This document shows, piece after piece, positions 23,601 to 37,021 of a DNA stretch of 64,000 nt. Source of the DNA: Selaginella moellendorffii (taxonomy: Eukaryota > Plantae > Lycopodiophyta); the NCBI RefSeq assembly GCF_000143415.4, contig NW_003314300.1:42908-106907 (forward strand), written 5' to 3'. A program made the translations under genes and the position numbers. Under the pieces are notes generated by a model. That model had not been told where the DNA came from. It saw nothing but the letters and a program-made list of their open reading frames with translations, and made no database searches. Numbering within the stretch: the stretch's first letter is position 1; each line of letters opens with the position of its first letter.

Positions 23601-25959
23601 TTTAATTCATAACCTGTTGAAAATACCCCAATCCTTGTTTATTTCAATGGAAGCAAGCAATGGATAAAGAAAACATGTCTATCATTCATTTGTATGCACA
23701 TTTTTTATAAAGTGGTTCTTCCAATTTCAATTAAAACTCTTAGGAGTTGATGGGTCAATAAGACAAAACTCAACTCTGATGGTTTTATTAACTATCATAA
23801 AGCTTAACCCATTGTACAAGGCTACAAAAAATCAATATGGTATAGATTATCTTAAGACATACTCTTCAATGGTGAAGATGATAAGTGTTAAAATTTTGTT
23901 TACTTTTGCTATTTGAGATTTATCACATTGATATCAAGACTACTTTCCTAAATAGAAATTTGCAAGAAGATCTACATTTAATAGCCAAAATACTATACTT
24001 AATCTATATATCTTGTGGAAGTTCAAAAAAAGTTCTTTATAACTTTAAATAAACCTTTAAAGCATTGTGGTAGAAAATCAATACTTTTTCAAAGCTGAAG
24101 GATTTTCTGACACTCCTAAATCCAATATTTATATCAAGTGAGAAGGGAACAATTTATTTATTATTGCTCTCTACATTGATAAGTCATTTTTTCTTCTATA
24201 AAAAAGAATTTCCAAGTTTATCCTTAAAAATCTGTAAATGTTCCTAGTTTTTGCTAATAAAGAACTTAGAGAAACTTTGATACTTTATTGATTTTAAAAT
24301 TCACCATGATAGAAAAATAGAATCTTTTAACATGTCCCATAACAAAAATACTTGACTGAAGTACTTAAAAGTTATGGATAAATCCTTCTTATTTGCCTTC
24401 AGAACCTGAAAATATTAAGTTTTTGATAAATGCTAAATTTCCAAGCTATAACAAAGGTATTAATTTGAAATTTCCTTGGAGATTTTATGTTTGTGGTGTG
24501 GTTTATATTATCAACCAATTTTCTCCTAATTTTGGTAGAAAATATTGGAACATCTAAATTTATAATATGCTATATAAAGAAAATTGTTGCTTTTAGAGTG
24601 CTTTATAGTTCAAGTTATATTGACAGAAATTTTTTAGATTACAAAGGTAATCATAAATTTAAAAAGAGTAGGGTTTTACTATAAAAAACAAACCTATATT
24701 ACTCTTTCCTCCACAGAAATAAAGTATTTTGCTATTTTTAGGTAAATTCTTTGGTTTCAAGAATCTCCTTGAGGTTTTGGTCAATCCTCCATACCAATTG
24801 CTCTTTATATTAATAACAAAATAGCTAAAATGCTGCAACACTAGAAGTTATGATATATTGTCAAAACACTATTACTATGTTAAGAATTTAATATACAAAA
24901 ATTTACTAAAGGTTCAATACATTACCTTTTGACAATAACTTGCCAAGATCTTTATAAAACCATTAGCTAAAATTCTATTTGTGGAACATAAGAATTTTAT
25001 TTAAGTCGTGGCTATGCCTTGATTGAGGAAAAGGTAGTAGTAGCAGTCACACCTTTAGCTTTAAAAGGAGTATTGAAGCCAAAATCTAAAGTGTGATGTG
25101 TGCCTTGCATCATGAAGATTAAGAGTTCTATTTAATGGCAATTTTAGGAGAAATTTCTAGATTTAGCTAGTATTTAATTAAATAGTTTTTTTTATTTTAA
25201 AAAAATTTATTTCTAGTTTCCTTTGAAAAGATTTAATTCATTATTTAATCTCATTGTAGTAGCAATAGTCACTCCCTTGATTTTAGGAGTGTTAATAAGT
25301 GACTTGAATTATAGAGATCAAAATCCACATTCAATGATAGTTTCAATGTAACTAGTATATAATTAAGGGTTCTTTATTATTTCAAAAATATGTAAACACT
25401 CATTGAATAAAAAACTTAATATATATTAAATATTTTAAAGAAATTGTATAAATAATGCATTGAAGCTCACACATACTCTATTACAATATAGATAGATAAC
25501 ACAAAAAATGATTTCTTTTAACTAAAACAAAAGGGTATATACTTCAAAGTGTTGCATTTTATGTTATTCAAAGATACACTTTAACAAAAATAAATTAACC
25601 TTTATAGTTATGTCATAAGTGTAAGTAAGGAAGACATAACACACATTTAGATAGCAACACACAAAAAACAAACAAGAGGTGCAAGTATACAAGTAATACT
25701 ATTATTTAGAAAAAGGCCAACCAACTTCATTATATAACAAACAAGAAATCCAAATCCAAATCAGCTATTAGGAGCTCTAAAAGTGAAGAAAAAGTGTTGA
25801 TACCTTTACAAGTTAGCTTTTTTGAAGATACCAATATTCATACATATAAATTATGACAATGACAAAAGCCCAAGAAAATGGAATTTAGTCTTGGGTTTGA
25901 AGTTTAGGGTATAACAATGACAAAAACCCAAAAAAATGATGTTTATTATAAACAACTAA

Positions 25960-26250
25960 AGAGAACGATTCAATAGATAATTCATAAGGTTTAAATATAG
26001 AGGAAAAGGGCCCATAAATAAAAAATGCACCCATTCAATTAAGAGTCTTGGGATATTTAGGTATTTAGGGTAAGTGTTCTTAAGTTTGAATAAGTGGCCT
26101 TTTGAAAAGTCTAAATTCAAGAACTTATATTTGGTATTAAAACAATTTAAAATTTAACTTTGTTGGTTGGCTAAAGGAATTGCGCTATATGTTAATTGAC
26201 ATTTGGGAAGTCTAGTTAGGCTTAACTTAAAAAGTAGAGTGTCAAACCAT
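25960..26250 (+). mobile_element. Degenerate Cassandra LTR + PBS + internal fragment
   Basis: Reverse complement of the 39975-40560 LTR; ends ...aagaacttata followed by tttggtattaaa (decayed PBS). Confidence 0.6.
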
Positions 26251-26750
26251 TTGGAAAAAACTTCAACTTTAATAAATCATATTTGATCTTTCTTTTTATG
26301 CTTTGTGTACCTTGTTGTGGATTAAAACCACAAGCTCCTTACACAAATCTTTCTTTCTTCTTTCAATCAGGAAAAGTGATGGAAAAGGAAAAGAAAAAGA
26401 CCCAAAATTGACAAACCAACCTTGGCACAAGAATGATCTTGCTCTGTGACCCAACCTCATCCCATTATATCACATTTCTTTCAGGTCCCTAGCTCAGCCA
26501 GATTTGAGACGAAAAGGGAAAATTACTTATTACTCCTGAATAAGCAAGCCCGAGAAAGAGCCGTTGACTTACATTGACTTTTATTGGTCAAAGTATCGTT
26601 TTCATTGTAAAGCTTTCTTCTGCAACAGTGATTTTTTTTGGCGCTTGTTCGTGGAAATCCGGTGAAGTAGTGATCATCAGCTAGCTCAATGGATGTTTAT
26701 CAGTCTTGTCTTTTTTTCTTTCTCTACCTTCTTTCTAATGTTTTCTGCCG

Positions 26751-28015
26751 CTAGCACATTTGGCCGGGCTGGAGCTCTTGGCGGCGAAGATGCCACTCCG
26801 CTAGCGGAAGAACGAGATATGGGCGCTCGCTGTCCACCGTGAAACGATTATCGTCCACCTTATGCGCGAAGAGTGTAGCACACAGCACAAGCGTGTAGTC
26901 CTTGGAGTCATTGCTAGCGTGGAGCCTCGCATAACTGGGCGTGGGTGTGAACCAGAAGTAAGTTTCAGGCCTCCCGTAAGCATTAGCCCAGCTTGACTGC
27001 ATTCCGTTCGCCATGATCGAAGCAACGTTCCTCGTTTCGGTGCCGTGCCACAGGAACTTCAACACCCCTGGGGCGTTAGCTGGTTCGAATTCGTCACTGA
27101 TGTTACCTGGTGATCATGCTCAAGCTGAAAAGAATTCCATAAGAAACAGTGAGCTCTTACCGAGATCGGGACGATACATTCGCAGCCATTCATATGCTTC
27201 CGCAAACCGGGTGTAGGGAGCGTATGTCCGCGATTTTGCACCGTGAGGAAAGGATTCCGCTTGAGCGAGATGGGCACATCGGTGCACTCCGTGCTGTTGA
27301 CCAGTTTCTGGATGAACGAACATGACACGATGTAGGGTAGCCCTCGGAGAGGCTGCATATCCTGAGCACGATTTCAACGCTTAAATGAAGGCAAAGATCC
27401 GGACTAGGAAAATAGCATACCAATTCAAGTGCGTCGTCGTCATCCTCAGTGTCAGCTTGGTGAGCTTGATCGTCTTGGAGATTCTGCATTAGAATACTTT
27501 CTATCAGCAAAGTAAGCTAAAGCTGTGAACGAACCTTTTTTACTTGGACTGTCGAGAGCACGCAGAAGCACAGAGGGCTACCAGAGATGATAAGGCCCAG
27601 CAACATAGACTCGCCAATCCTTGCTGCAAAACACATATCGCTCGGACTCATATTTTGGCAAGAACAACGCTTGTACCAATCTGCCGTGAGCTCGCGGGGC
27701 CTGGAATTTTGTAGAAGAAACTTTTAACGACTCTTAAAGAGAAGATCGAGTCAAATCTTTGAAAGCATACCGGTTGCTCGAGCGCTGGGTTCTCATTTCC
27801 CTGCATGAAAGATTATTGCCAGATTTCGAGACAAATCCTAGGAAAGAAATCTGCATTGTACCGGAAACTCGTCTACAGGTTGCGCGGCTAGTCGTGGCTC
27901 ATCGTTCTGTGGAACAGATCCACTACAGCGCTGCCGTCAAAGGGATTATAACATAGAATGGGACCTTTGCCGAGATTTCTAGAATCTCTTCGTCTCCTCC
28001 ACTGCCAGGCTCCAT
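26751..28015 (-). pseudogene. PARP/ART-fold gene copy 2 (most complete; 1-nt frameshift near 27229)
   Basis: Last exon reads GNISDEFEPANAPGVLKFLWHGTETRNVASIMANG..AYGRPETYFWFTPTPSYA..LVLC..RFTVDSERPYLVLPLAEWHL; aatcgcggac here vs aatcgcgggac in copy 1. Confidence 0.65.
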
Positions 28016-28421
28016 CGCACGCTCGAAATCTTTGCATTGGCGCAAGCAGCAGAAAGATTAGAAATGCTTGACATCGGAGAAAGGATCGATCGAGCGCGAT
28101 CACTTGCCTGCTGGCGGCCGGAAGCCGGATTATAAGAGCGCGAGGCCCGGACGCGCACAAAGGTGATGGATTTCGACGCCCTAGCTGTTGGAGGCGAAGA
28201 GCGCATACAGAGAATGCGATAACCTAGCAAGCAAGGGGCTCTTCTTCCCTCTGCGAGCTTAAACCTTCATAGCCTCGCCCAACAGCAAATAGAAGACGAC
28301 CACGTGTCAAAATAGCATAATTCTGGCATCTTTTCAAAATTTCTCGCGGCCTCTTTTTTTTCTCTTTAATAGTTGCCATATATAAGAAACCTAAAGCGCC
28401 TTTCTTCCACAAGCTCTTAAA

Positions 28422-28489
28422 GGGGGTGTAGTGGTTTCCAAACTTTCAAGCCTGAAAAGAATTTCCGGGTTCGACTCCTGGCATCCCCA
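28422..28489 (+). ncRNA. tRNA-like RNA copy 2
   Basis: GGGGGTG/CATCCCC-A; TTTCA-AGCC-TGAAA; CCGGG-TTCGACT-CCTGG; TATATAA at ~28379; T6 at 28498-28503. Confidence 0.65.
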
Positions 28490-28510
28490 ACCTTTAATTT
28501 TTTCCTCTAT

Positions 28511-29920
28511 CTAGAGCTGGATATTCTTTGGTATGTTCTTCCTTCTCAACTCCTGGACTTGAGCTTGCTCCTCCCTCATGCCACTGCTCGCGTAGATCGC
28601 CTCCATCAACAAATACCCCGCCTCGTCCCTCGCCTCCACTTCAACCAGCCGATCGAAAGCAAGCCTCCCGACCGCCGCATTCTTCCGCCCAGCACCGTTC
28701 TCCAAGCAACACCACTTGCCTCGCAAGGCATGGCTTTCACCATCTCCACCTCTTCCTCCAGCTCGTTTGCGCGGCCGAGAGCGTCCACCGTGCAGTGGTA
28801 GTGCTCGGCCCCGGGACGAACTCCATACTTCGCTTCCATCTCCTTGAAGTAGTTCGCTTCCATCTCCTTGGACTAGCGCTCGATCTGGTTGTCGCGAACG
28901 ACGTGCATGCAAAGAAGTGCGATCCCATCTGGTTGCAGGCCTTCATCTTGCATCTCGTCGAAGAGCTTGAACGTGTCCCCGTCGCGGCTGTGTGCTGCTA
29001 TCACGGACGTCCAGGCAACCGCGTCTGGTTTCTCCAGGGACTCGAAGATCAGCTGTGCCTTCGCTGCGGCCCCGGCTTTGCCATAGCCATTGACGACGCC
29101 GTTCGCGACAACGGGATCGTCCTCGAGTCCACACCTGGAGATATCTGCGTGAATTCCCTGCAGAGGCTCCAAGGCTCCCACGCTGCTGCTAGCTTTGAGA
29201 GCAGCCACGAAAGTTGGTGCGTCGGTTTTGTATCCCTGTGCTCGCATTTGATGGAAGAGTTGCAGGGAAAGCTCCCCCTGACCACTTTGGGCGAGCCCGA
29301 GTATCATCACAGTCCAGGACACCGCGTCGTGAAGACGCACCTTTTGGAACACCTTCCAGGCGTCCCGGATGCTTCCACACTTGGCGTAGAAGCTGACGAG
29401 CGAGCTGGCTAGATAAGTGTCCGAGTCGAATTCAAAGCTGGCCGCCCGAGCGTGAATCCCCACGGCTTTCTCGAGTGCCTCCTCTACTTTCACGAGCCTT
29501 CCATCCCCATCTGTCTTCCCTGCTAGACTGCTGCAAGCCTTGAGTGCCGCACAAAACGTTCAAGAGGTTGGAACGCAGCTACTGTTTGTCTCGAAGATAC
29601 TCAAGGCCTCTTCTGCTTCTCTGTTTGTGACATATCCCAGGATCAAAGCGTTCCATGAGACGGGATCCTGAGGCGTCATCCCATCAAAAACTTTTCGAGC
29701 GTTGGCCAACTCCCACACTTGACATACATGTCCACCAATGCGTTCGCCACACTGATGTCCGTGTCATAGCCACTTTTGAATGCTTGAGAGTGCAAAGCTG
29801 CGCCTGTTCCCAGCAACTCAACCTTCACCATCCTGCCTTCAACTTCCTTGGCTTCGTCTGTTGCTCCTAATACATTGTAAGCCTTGATGGCAGTAGCAAA
29901 ATTGTACACATTTGATAGAA
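28511..29920 (-). pseudogene. 5'-truncated, rearranged PPR copy (unit 2)
   Basis: Homologous to the PPR 3' end, with indels and a small internal rearrangement at ~28850-28910. Confidence 0.9.
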
Positions 29921-30665
29921 AGTGAAAGGGGAATAGTATTTGAGTTTAGACTCGAAGAAATTCTTCCCTTCAATTTCTGCATTCCTGCAAGTATGCAAGC
30001 TTTGAAGTTCCGGCTGCCACCTGGTGTAAAGTTTGGACATCCGACACATCAGCCTCATCAAATACATACAGCAGATGTATTTCAGGCCTTCCTAAGAGAC
30101 AACAGTCAGCAGTTTTATTGGGTTGGTGTTGACAACCATAGACCTGATAGCATCATCCATTTATAGCTGGTGGATGTTGAGAACAAGCTGTAGGACTTCT
30201 TTTTATTTATTGAGAGCAAAAACAGGTATAAAAAATCTTTATAAAGCTCAATATAATGTACAATAACAAAAATGTTTATAAAGAACAGTAAGCCAATTGA
30301 GAAGAAAACTTTGAGAAAAAAATATGGACAATAAAGCGATGGATGAATGAAGGTATTTATTTTCTAATTGTGGGAGGTTAATTGTGCGCCTTTTCTGGTC
30401 TTTATGACCGATCAAGCATTGGGTAACTTGATTTCCAAAGTCAAAAAATCTGAAAGGATGGTGGTACTTGTGCCAAAAGTTCATCAATGTTTATATGGGT
30501 AAGAGTCCAAGTTTTTTTAAAGCTCTTATTATTAGTTTTTTTTATTCTTTATTTGTAGGTTTATTAGGTGCTGTGTGTTTTGATCTTGTGTACAAACCTA
30601 GTTAAGAGCAAGATGGCAGTTTTGATGAAGAGCCCAGCACAAAGAGGAATCATTGGTGTTTTTAA
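29921..30665 (+). pseudogene. CRN-like 3' fragment, unit 3
   Basis: Matches 14320-15092 with stops. Confidence 0.85.
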
Positions 30666-33600
30666 AATGCTGTTACCATATTTAATATTAAACATAAAAG
30701 GATGTTTAAACACTAAGTGAAGATTTATCCCGTGTGTTTTGTAATTATAATTCCAGCTTAGGAAAATTCTTATATAAAGCTAATCTTCAATAGTTATAAT
30801 AATATGGTTAACCTATACTTAGAATATTCTTAGATATTTAAGGATATTCTACCATCCAACGGTTGTTATTCATTTATATTAATCTTATATTTATAATTTA
30901 TAAATATTTTATTATTTTTATTTATTATTTTTAAACTTTTTTATAATGTATAAACTTTCCTAAACACTTCCTAGTATATTCTAGTTTATTTTACCATATT
31001 CAATAAGATTAATCATGTTTTTATATTTATAAACTTCCATTTGATTAATTGGGTTAATAAATAGGAATAACACTACTATTAAGCAAACTAAGCATTGCTA
31101 CATGCAAATCATAATTGATGACTGAACAATATCCATAGCACAATCCAAATCTAACATATCTATGTGATTGATTAAACAGAATTACCTCTAGTTAATTTAT
31201 ACTCAAAAATAAACTAGACTTCACTTTGAAGAATTGAAAACAAAAAAGAATAAAAATTAAAATCCATCAACTTGCCAAATAAGCCAAGTAAAAGTCAATT
31301 ACAAACCCATTTTGTAAGCCAAGTAAAAGTAAATTACATCTTAGACCTTAGACATGCTTTGTCTTTGAGAATATGCCCTAGCACAATATCATCTCTACTA
31401 CATGCACCCTATTGAGATTAAATACAGCCGTCTGCGAAAGGTGGTGTCTGGCTGACAAAATCCATTTAGCCTGATCTCCCAAAACATCTCCAAAGACTCC
31501 TTGCTCCTTCCATTCTAAGCATAGTAAAAGAGGATCAAGATCCATGATACAATATCATGATGGTTCTATCCACAAATCTTGGAACACTAATATAGAGCCT
31601 CCACACTAGCCATACATGGAGATTAATGTGTTCTTGCTTGCTGGCATCTCCCACAATCTAAGAGACTTGGCTTGTCATACCAGCACAAGCATCAATCATT
31701 GATAGTAGCTGAAATCATTGAGTTTGATACCATGAGCCTGGAAACTTTGAGAGCTCCCTTGCAATTCATGAGAAGCACTAACTTCTGTTACCAAGATTGG
31801 GATGATCCTTTCACATTGATTCATATGCAAACCAGGTGCATTTGCACTGTGAAGAAAGGATTCCTCTTAAGCAAGACATGCACATCGTGTTGTTCTGGAA
31901 AAAATGAGAAAAGACACAATGTACAGAAGACTTAGAGGCATTTCCTGAGCTGGAAATGAAGGAGATGAACTAAGAAAATAACATACCAATTCAAATGTAT
32001 TAGCTTCATAAGATTTTGTTTTGTAGAGTTTGTAAATTTTCTATCAGCAAAGTAAGCTAAAGGTTGTACCAGAGATGATAAAGCAACATAGACTTGCCAA
32101 TAGGTTGCTTCATTCATATTTTGGCATTACCAAGAACAACACTTGACTATATCTTGAAAATTAGATATATTGAAGCATTTAATTCATAACCTGTTGAAAA
32201 TACCCCAACCTTGTTTATTTCAATGGAAGCAAGCAATGGATAAAGAAATCATATCTATCATTCATTTGTATGCACATTTTTTATAAAGTGGTTCTTCCAA
32301 TTTCAATTAAAACTCTTAGGAGTTGATGGGTCAATAAGACAAAACTCAACTCTGATGGTTTTATTAACTGTCATAAAGCTTAACTTATTGTACAAGGCTA
32401 CAAAAAAACAATATGTTATAGATTATCTTAAGATATACTCTTCCATAGTTAATATGATAAGTGTTAAAATTTTGTTTACTTTTGCTATTTGAGATTTATC
32501 ACATTGATATCAAGACTACTTTCCTAAATAGAAATTTGCAAGAAGATCTACATTTAATAGCCAAAATACTATACTTAATCTATATATCTTGTGGAAGTTC
32601 AAAAAAAGTTCTTTATAACTTTAAATAAACCTTTAAAGCATTGTGGTAGAAAATCAATACTTTTTTCAAAGCTAAAGGATTTTCTTACACTCCTAAATCC
32701 AATATTTATAGCAAGTGAGAAGGGAACAATTTATTTATTATTGCTCTCTACATTGATAAATCATTTTTTATTAGCAAAAATTGTGAATATTTACAGATTT
32801 TTAAGGCTAAACTTGGAAACTATTTTTTAATAGATGGATACTTTATTGATATTAAGATTCACCATGATAGAAAAATAAAATCTTTTAACATCTCCCATAA
32901 CAAAAATACCTGACTAAAGTACTTAAAAGTTATGGATAAATCCTTCTCATTTGCCTATAAAACCTGAAAATATTAAGTTTTTAACAAATTCTAAATGTCC
33001 AATGTATTAATTTGAAATTTTCTTGGGAGTTTTATGTACGTTGTGGTGTGGCTTATATTATCAACTAATTTTCTCCTAATTTTGGTAGAAAATATTGGAA
33101 CATCTAAATCTATGATATGCTATATAAAGCAAACTATTGCTTTTGGAGTGCTTTATGGTTCAAGTTATAATGACAGCAATTTGTTAGATTACAAAGGTAA
33201 TCATAAATCCACAAAGGGTCTAAAAAAACAAATTTATATTACTCTTTCCTCCAAAGAAGTAGGGCATTTTGCTATTTTTAAGTAAATTCTTTGGTTTCAA
33301 GAATGTCTTGGAGGTTTTGGGCAATCCTCCATACCAATTGCTCTTTATGTTGATAAAAAAAAGTTAAAATACCACAATACTAAAAGTTATGACATATTGT
33401 CAAAACACTATTACTATGTTAAGAACTTAGTATACAAAAAATTACTAAAGGGTCAATACATTTCCTTTTGACAATAACTTGCCAAGATCTTTACAAAACC
33501 ATTAGCCAAAATTCTATATGTGGAACATAGGAATTTTATTTAAGTCATAGCCATGCCTTGATTGAGGAGGAGGTAGTAGTAACCTTTAACTTTAAAAAGA

Positions 33601-34773
33601 GTATTGGAGCCAAAAGGTAAGGTGTGATATATGCCTTTTAAAATAAGTTTTTCTAAATGGTGCTTGAACACTCTAGAGAGTATAATTGGACTGTAAACAC
33701 TTATAATATGGTTGATTTCAAGAAGTTATCTTGTTATTTAAAGAGATTGAACTACATGTTTACTCAAATAGTTTATTATGGATGAAATCACTAGTTAAAT
33801 ATAAACTTAGAATTCAAAAAAAAAAAAATTGGCATATAATTATTGGAGAAAAATGTGGTTTATCTTTTATGCCCATAATATTCATTCAGCTTCATATAAA
33901 CTTTTCTCCTTTTCAAAAATTTGAGAATTTTTAATGAACTATACATTGAGCAACTTGATAAACAAGAATAACACTATTATTACGTAAACTGTTTGGTTGT
34001 CAAGTTAAAGTAAAAGTATTATTAAGTATTGTCGAATTTGTAATTAAATTTCCAAACTGTCCAGCTCTTATAAAACTTGTCAATTCCTTGCAAGCTGAAA
34101 AGAGTAAGTGCTACCTCCAGCCAAGAATGGTCATCACATTCCATAACCATTGGTCCTGATTGGCAAACTCTAGTTGTCACGATCTTCATCTCCGACATCT
34201 CTCAATCTTTGCTGCATGCGAATGCTGGATTCTTAACTTGGTTCCAAGCCATTCGGAAAAAGCTTGCACTTTGATAAATCAAACTTGATATTTCTTTTTA
34301 AGGCTTTGCGTACCTTGTTGTGGATTAAAACCGCAGGCTAGCCTTCCTTACACCAATCTTTCTTTCTTCTTTCAATCAGGAAAGGTGATGGAATAGCAAA
34401 AGAAGAAGACCCAAAATTGAGAAACAAACCTTGGCACGAGAATGATCTTGCTCCATGGCCCGACCTCGTCCCGTTCCATCGCATTTCTCTCAGGTCCCTA
34501 GCTCGGCCAGAGTCGAGACGAAAAGGGGAAGTTACTTATTACTCCTGAATAAGCAAGCCCGAGAAAGAGCCGTTGACTTACATTGACTTTTATTGGTCAA
34601 AGAATCATTGTGGGATCCGCGATTCGTTAGTAAAGCTTTCTTCTGCAACAGTGATTTTTTTATGGCGCTTGTTCGCGGAAATCCGGTGAAGTAGCGAGGA
34701 AAAGAAAATTCTTTCTGGGCTATCGGTCTTGTCTTTTTTCCTTTGTCTATCTTCTTTGTAATGTTTTCTCCCG

Positions 34774-35190
34774 CTAGCACATTTGGCTGGGCTGGAGCTC
34801 TTGGCGGCGAAGATGCCACTCCGCTAGCGGAAGAACGAGATATGGGCGCTCGCTGTCCACCGTGAAACGATTATCGTCCACCTTATGCGCGAAGAGTGTA
34901 GCACACAGCACAAGCGTGTGTAGTCCTTGGAGTCATTGCTAGCGTGGAGCCTCGCATAACTGGGCGTGGGTGTGAACCAGAAGTAAGTCTCAGGCCTCCC
35001 GTAAGCATTAGCACAGCTTGACTGTATTCCGTTCGCCATGATCGAAGCAACGTTCCTCGTTTCGGTGCCGTGCCACAGGAACTTCAACACCGCTGGGGCG
35101 TCAGCTGGTTCGAATTCGTCACTGATGTTACCTGGTGATCATGCTCAAGCTGAAAAGAATTCCATAACAAACAGTGAGCTCTTACCGAGA
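34774..35190 (-). pseudogene. ART-like copy 3: catalytic exon only, frameshifted; 5' part replaced by a hairpin
   Basis: FLWHGT..YGRPETYFWF present; 2-nt insertion near 34918; upstream exons missing. Confidence 0.7.
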
Positions 35191-35284
35191 TCGAAACGAA
35201 CCATTCATATGCTTCCCTACACCCGGTTTCCGGAAGCATATGAATGGTTGCGAATGTATCGTCCCGATCTCGGTAAGAGCTCAC
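35174..35284. repeat. Fold-back inverted duplication (hairpin) derived from an ART exon
   Basis: gtgagctcttaccgagatcg (35174-93) pairs with cgatctcggtaagagctcac (35265-84); aaccattcatatgcttcc (35199-216) pairs with ggaagcatatgaatggtt (35232-49). Confidence 0.9.
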
Positions 35285-35479
35285 CTAAGAGCTCACGTGT
35301 GCGGAAGATAACCTAGCAAGCAAGGGGCTCTTCTTCCCTCTACGAGCTTAAACCTTCACAGCCTCGCCCAACAGCTAATAGAAGACGACCACGTGTCAAA
35401 ATAGCATAATTCTGGCATCTTTTTAAAATTTCTCGCGGCCTCTTATTTTTCTCTTTAATTGTTCTTTAATAGTTCCCAT

Positions 35480-35603
35480 NNNNNNNNNNNNNNNNNNNNN
35501 NNNNNNNNNNNNNNNNNNNNNNNNNNNNNNNNNNNNNNNNNNNNNNNNNNNNNNNNNNNNNNNNNNNNNNNNNNNNNNNNNNNNNNNNNNNNNNNNNNNN
35601 NNN
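35480..35603. other. 124-nt N gap at the position of the unit-3 tRNA-like gene
   Basis: Flanks agttcccat / gctctag match 44679 / 44804, which are also 124 nt apart. Confidence 0.95.
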
Positions 35604-35610
35604 GCTCTAG

Positions 35611-37021
35611 CTAGAGCTGGATATTCTTTGGTATGTTCTTCCTTCTCAACTCCTGGATTTGAGCTTGCTCCTCCCTCATGCCACTGCTCGCGTAGATCGC
35701 CTCCATCAACAAATACCCCGCCTCGTGCCTCGCCTCCACTTCAACCAGCAGATCGAAAGCAAGCTTTCCGACCGCAGCATTCTTCCACTGCTTGCAAGCG
35801 CCCAGCACCGTTCTCCAAGCAACACCACTCGCCTCACAAGGCATGGCTTTCACCATCTCCACCGCTTCCTCCAGCTCGTTTGCGCGGCCGAGAACGTCCA
35901 CCATACAGTGGTAGTGCTCGGCCCAGGGACGAACTCCATACTTCGCTTCCATGAAGTAGCGCTTCGCTTGGTGGACAAGCCCGCCATGGCTGCACGCCGT
36001 GAGCACGTAAAGAAGTGCGATCCCATCTGGTTGCAGGCCTTCGTCTTGCATCTCGTCGAAGAGCTTGAAAACCATTCGCGTGTCCCCGTCGTGGCTGTGT
36101 GCTGCTATCACGGACGTCCAGGCAACCGCGTATGGTTTCTCCAGGGACTCGAAGACCTGCTGTGCCTTCGCTGCGTCCCCGGCTTTGCCATAGCCATCGA
36201 CGATGCCGTTCGCGACAACGGGATCGTCCTCGAGTCCACACCTGGAGATATCTGCGTGAATTCCCTTCAGAGGCTCCAAGGCTCCCACGCTGCTGCTACC
36301 TTTGAGAGCAGCCACGAAAGTTGGCGCGTCGGTTTTGTATCCCTGTGCTCGCATTTGATGGAAGAGTTGCAGGGAAAGCTCCCCCTGACCACTTTCGGCG
36401 AGCCCGAGTATCATCACAGTCCAGGACACCGCGTCGTGAAGGCGCACCTTTTGGAACACCTTCCAGGCGTCCCGGATGCTTCCACACTTGGCGTAGAAGC
36501 TGACGAGCGCGCTGGCTAGAAAAGTGTCCGAGTCGAATTCAAAGCTGGCCGCTCAAGCGTGATTCCCCACGGCTTTCTCGAGTGCCTCCTCTACTTTCAC
36601 GAGCCGTCCATCCCCATCTGTCTTCCCTGCTAGCCTGCTAGACTGCTGCAAGCCTTGAGTGCCGCACAAAACGTTTGAGAGGTTGAAACGCAGCTGCTGT
36701 TCGTCTCGAAGATACTCAAGGCCTCTTCTGCTTCCCCGTTTGTGACATATCCCAGGATCAAAGCGTTCCAAGAGACGGGATCCTGAGGCGTCATCCCATC
36801 AAAAACTTTCCGAGCGTCGGCCAAACTCCCACAGTTCAAGTACATGTCCACCAGTGCGTTCGCCACACTGAGGTCCGTGTCATAGCCACTCTTGAATGCT
36901 CGAGAGTGCAAAGCTGCGCCTGTTCCCAGCGACTCAGCCTTCACCATCCTTGGCTTCCTCTGTTGCTCTTAATACACTGTAGGCTTTGATGGCAGTGGCA
37001 AAATTGTACACATTTGGTAAA
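35611..37021 (-). pseudogene. 5'-truncated PPR copy (unit 3)
   Basis: 282-aa ORF matching the PPR C-terminus, plus frameshifted upstream pieces. Confidence 0.9.
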
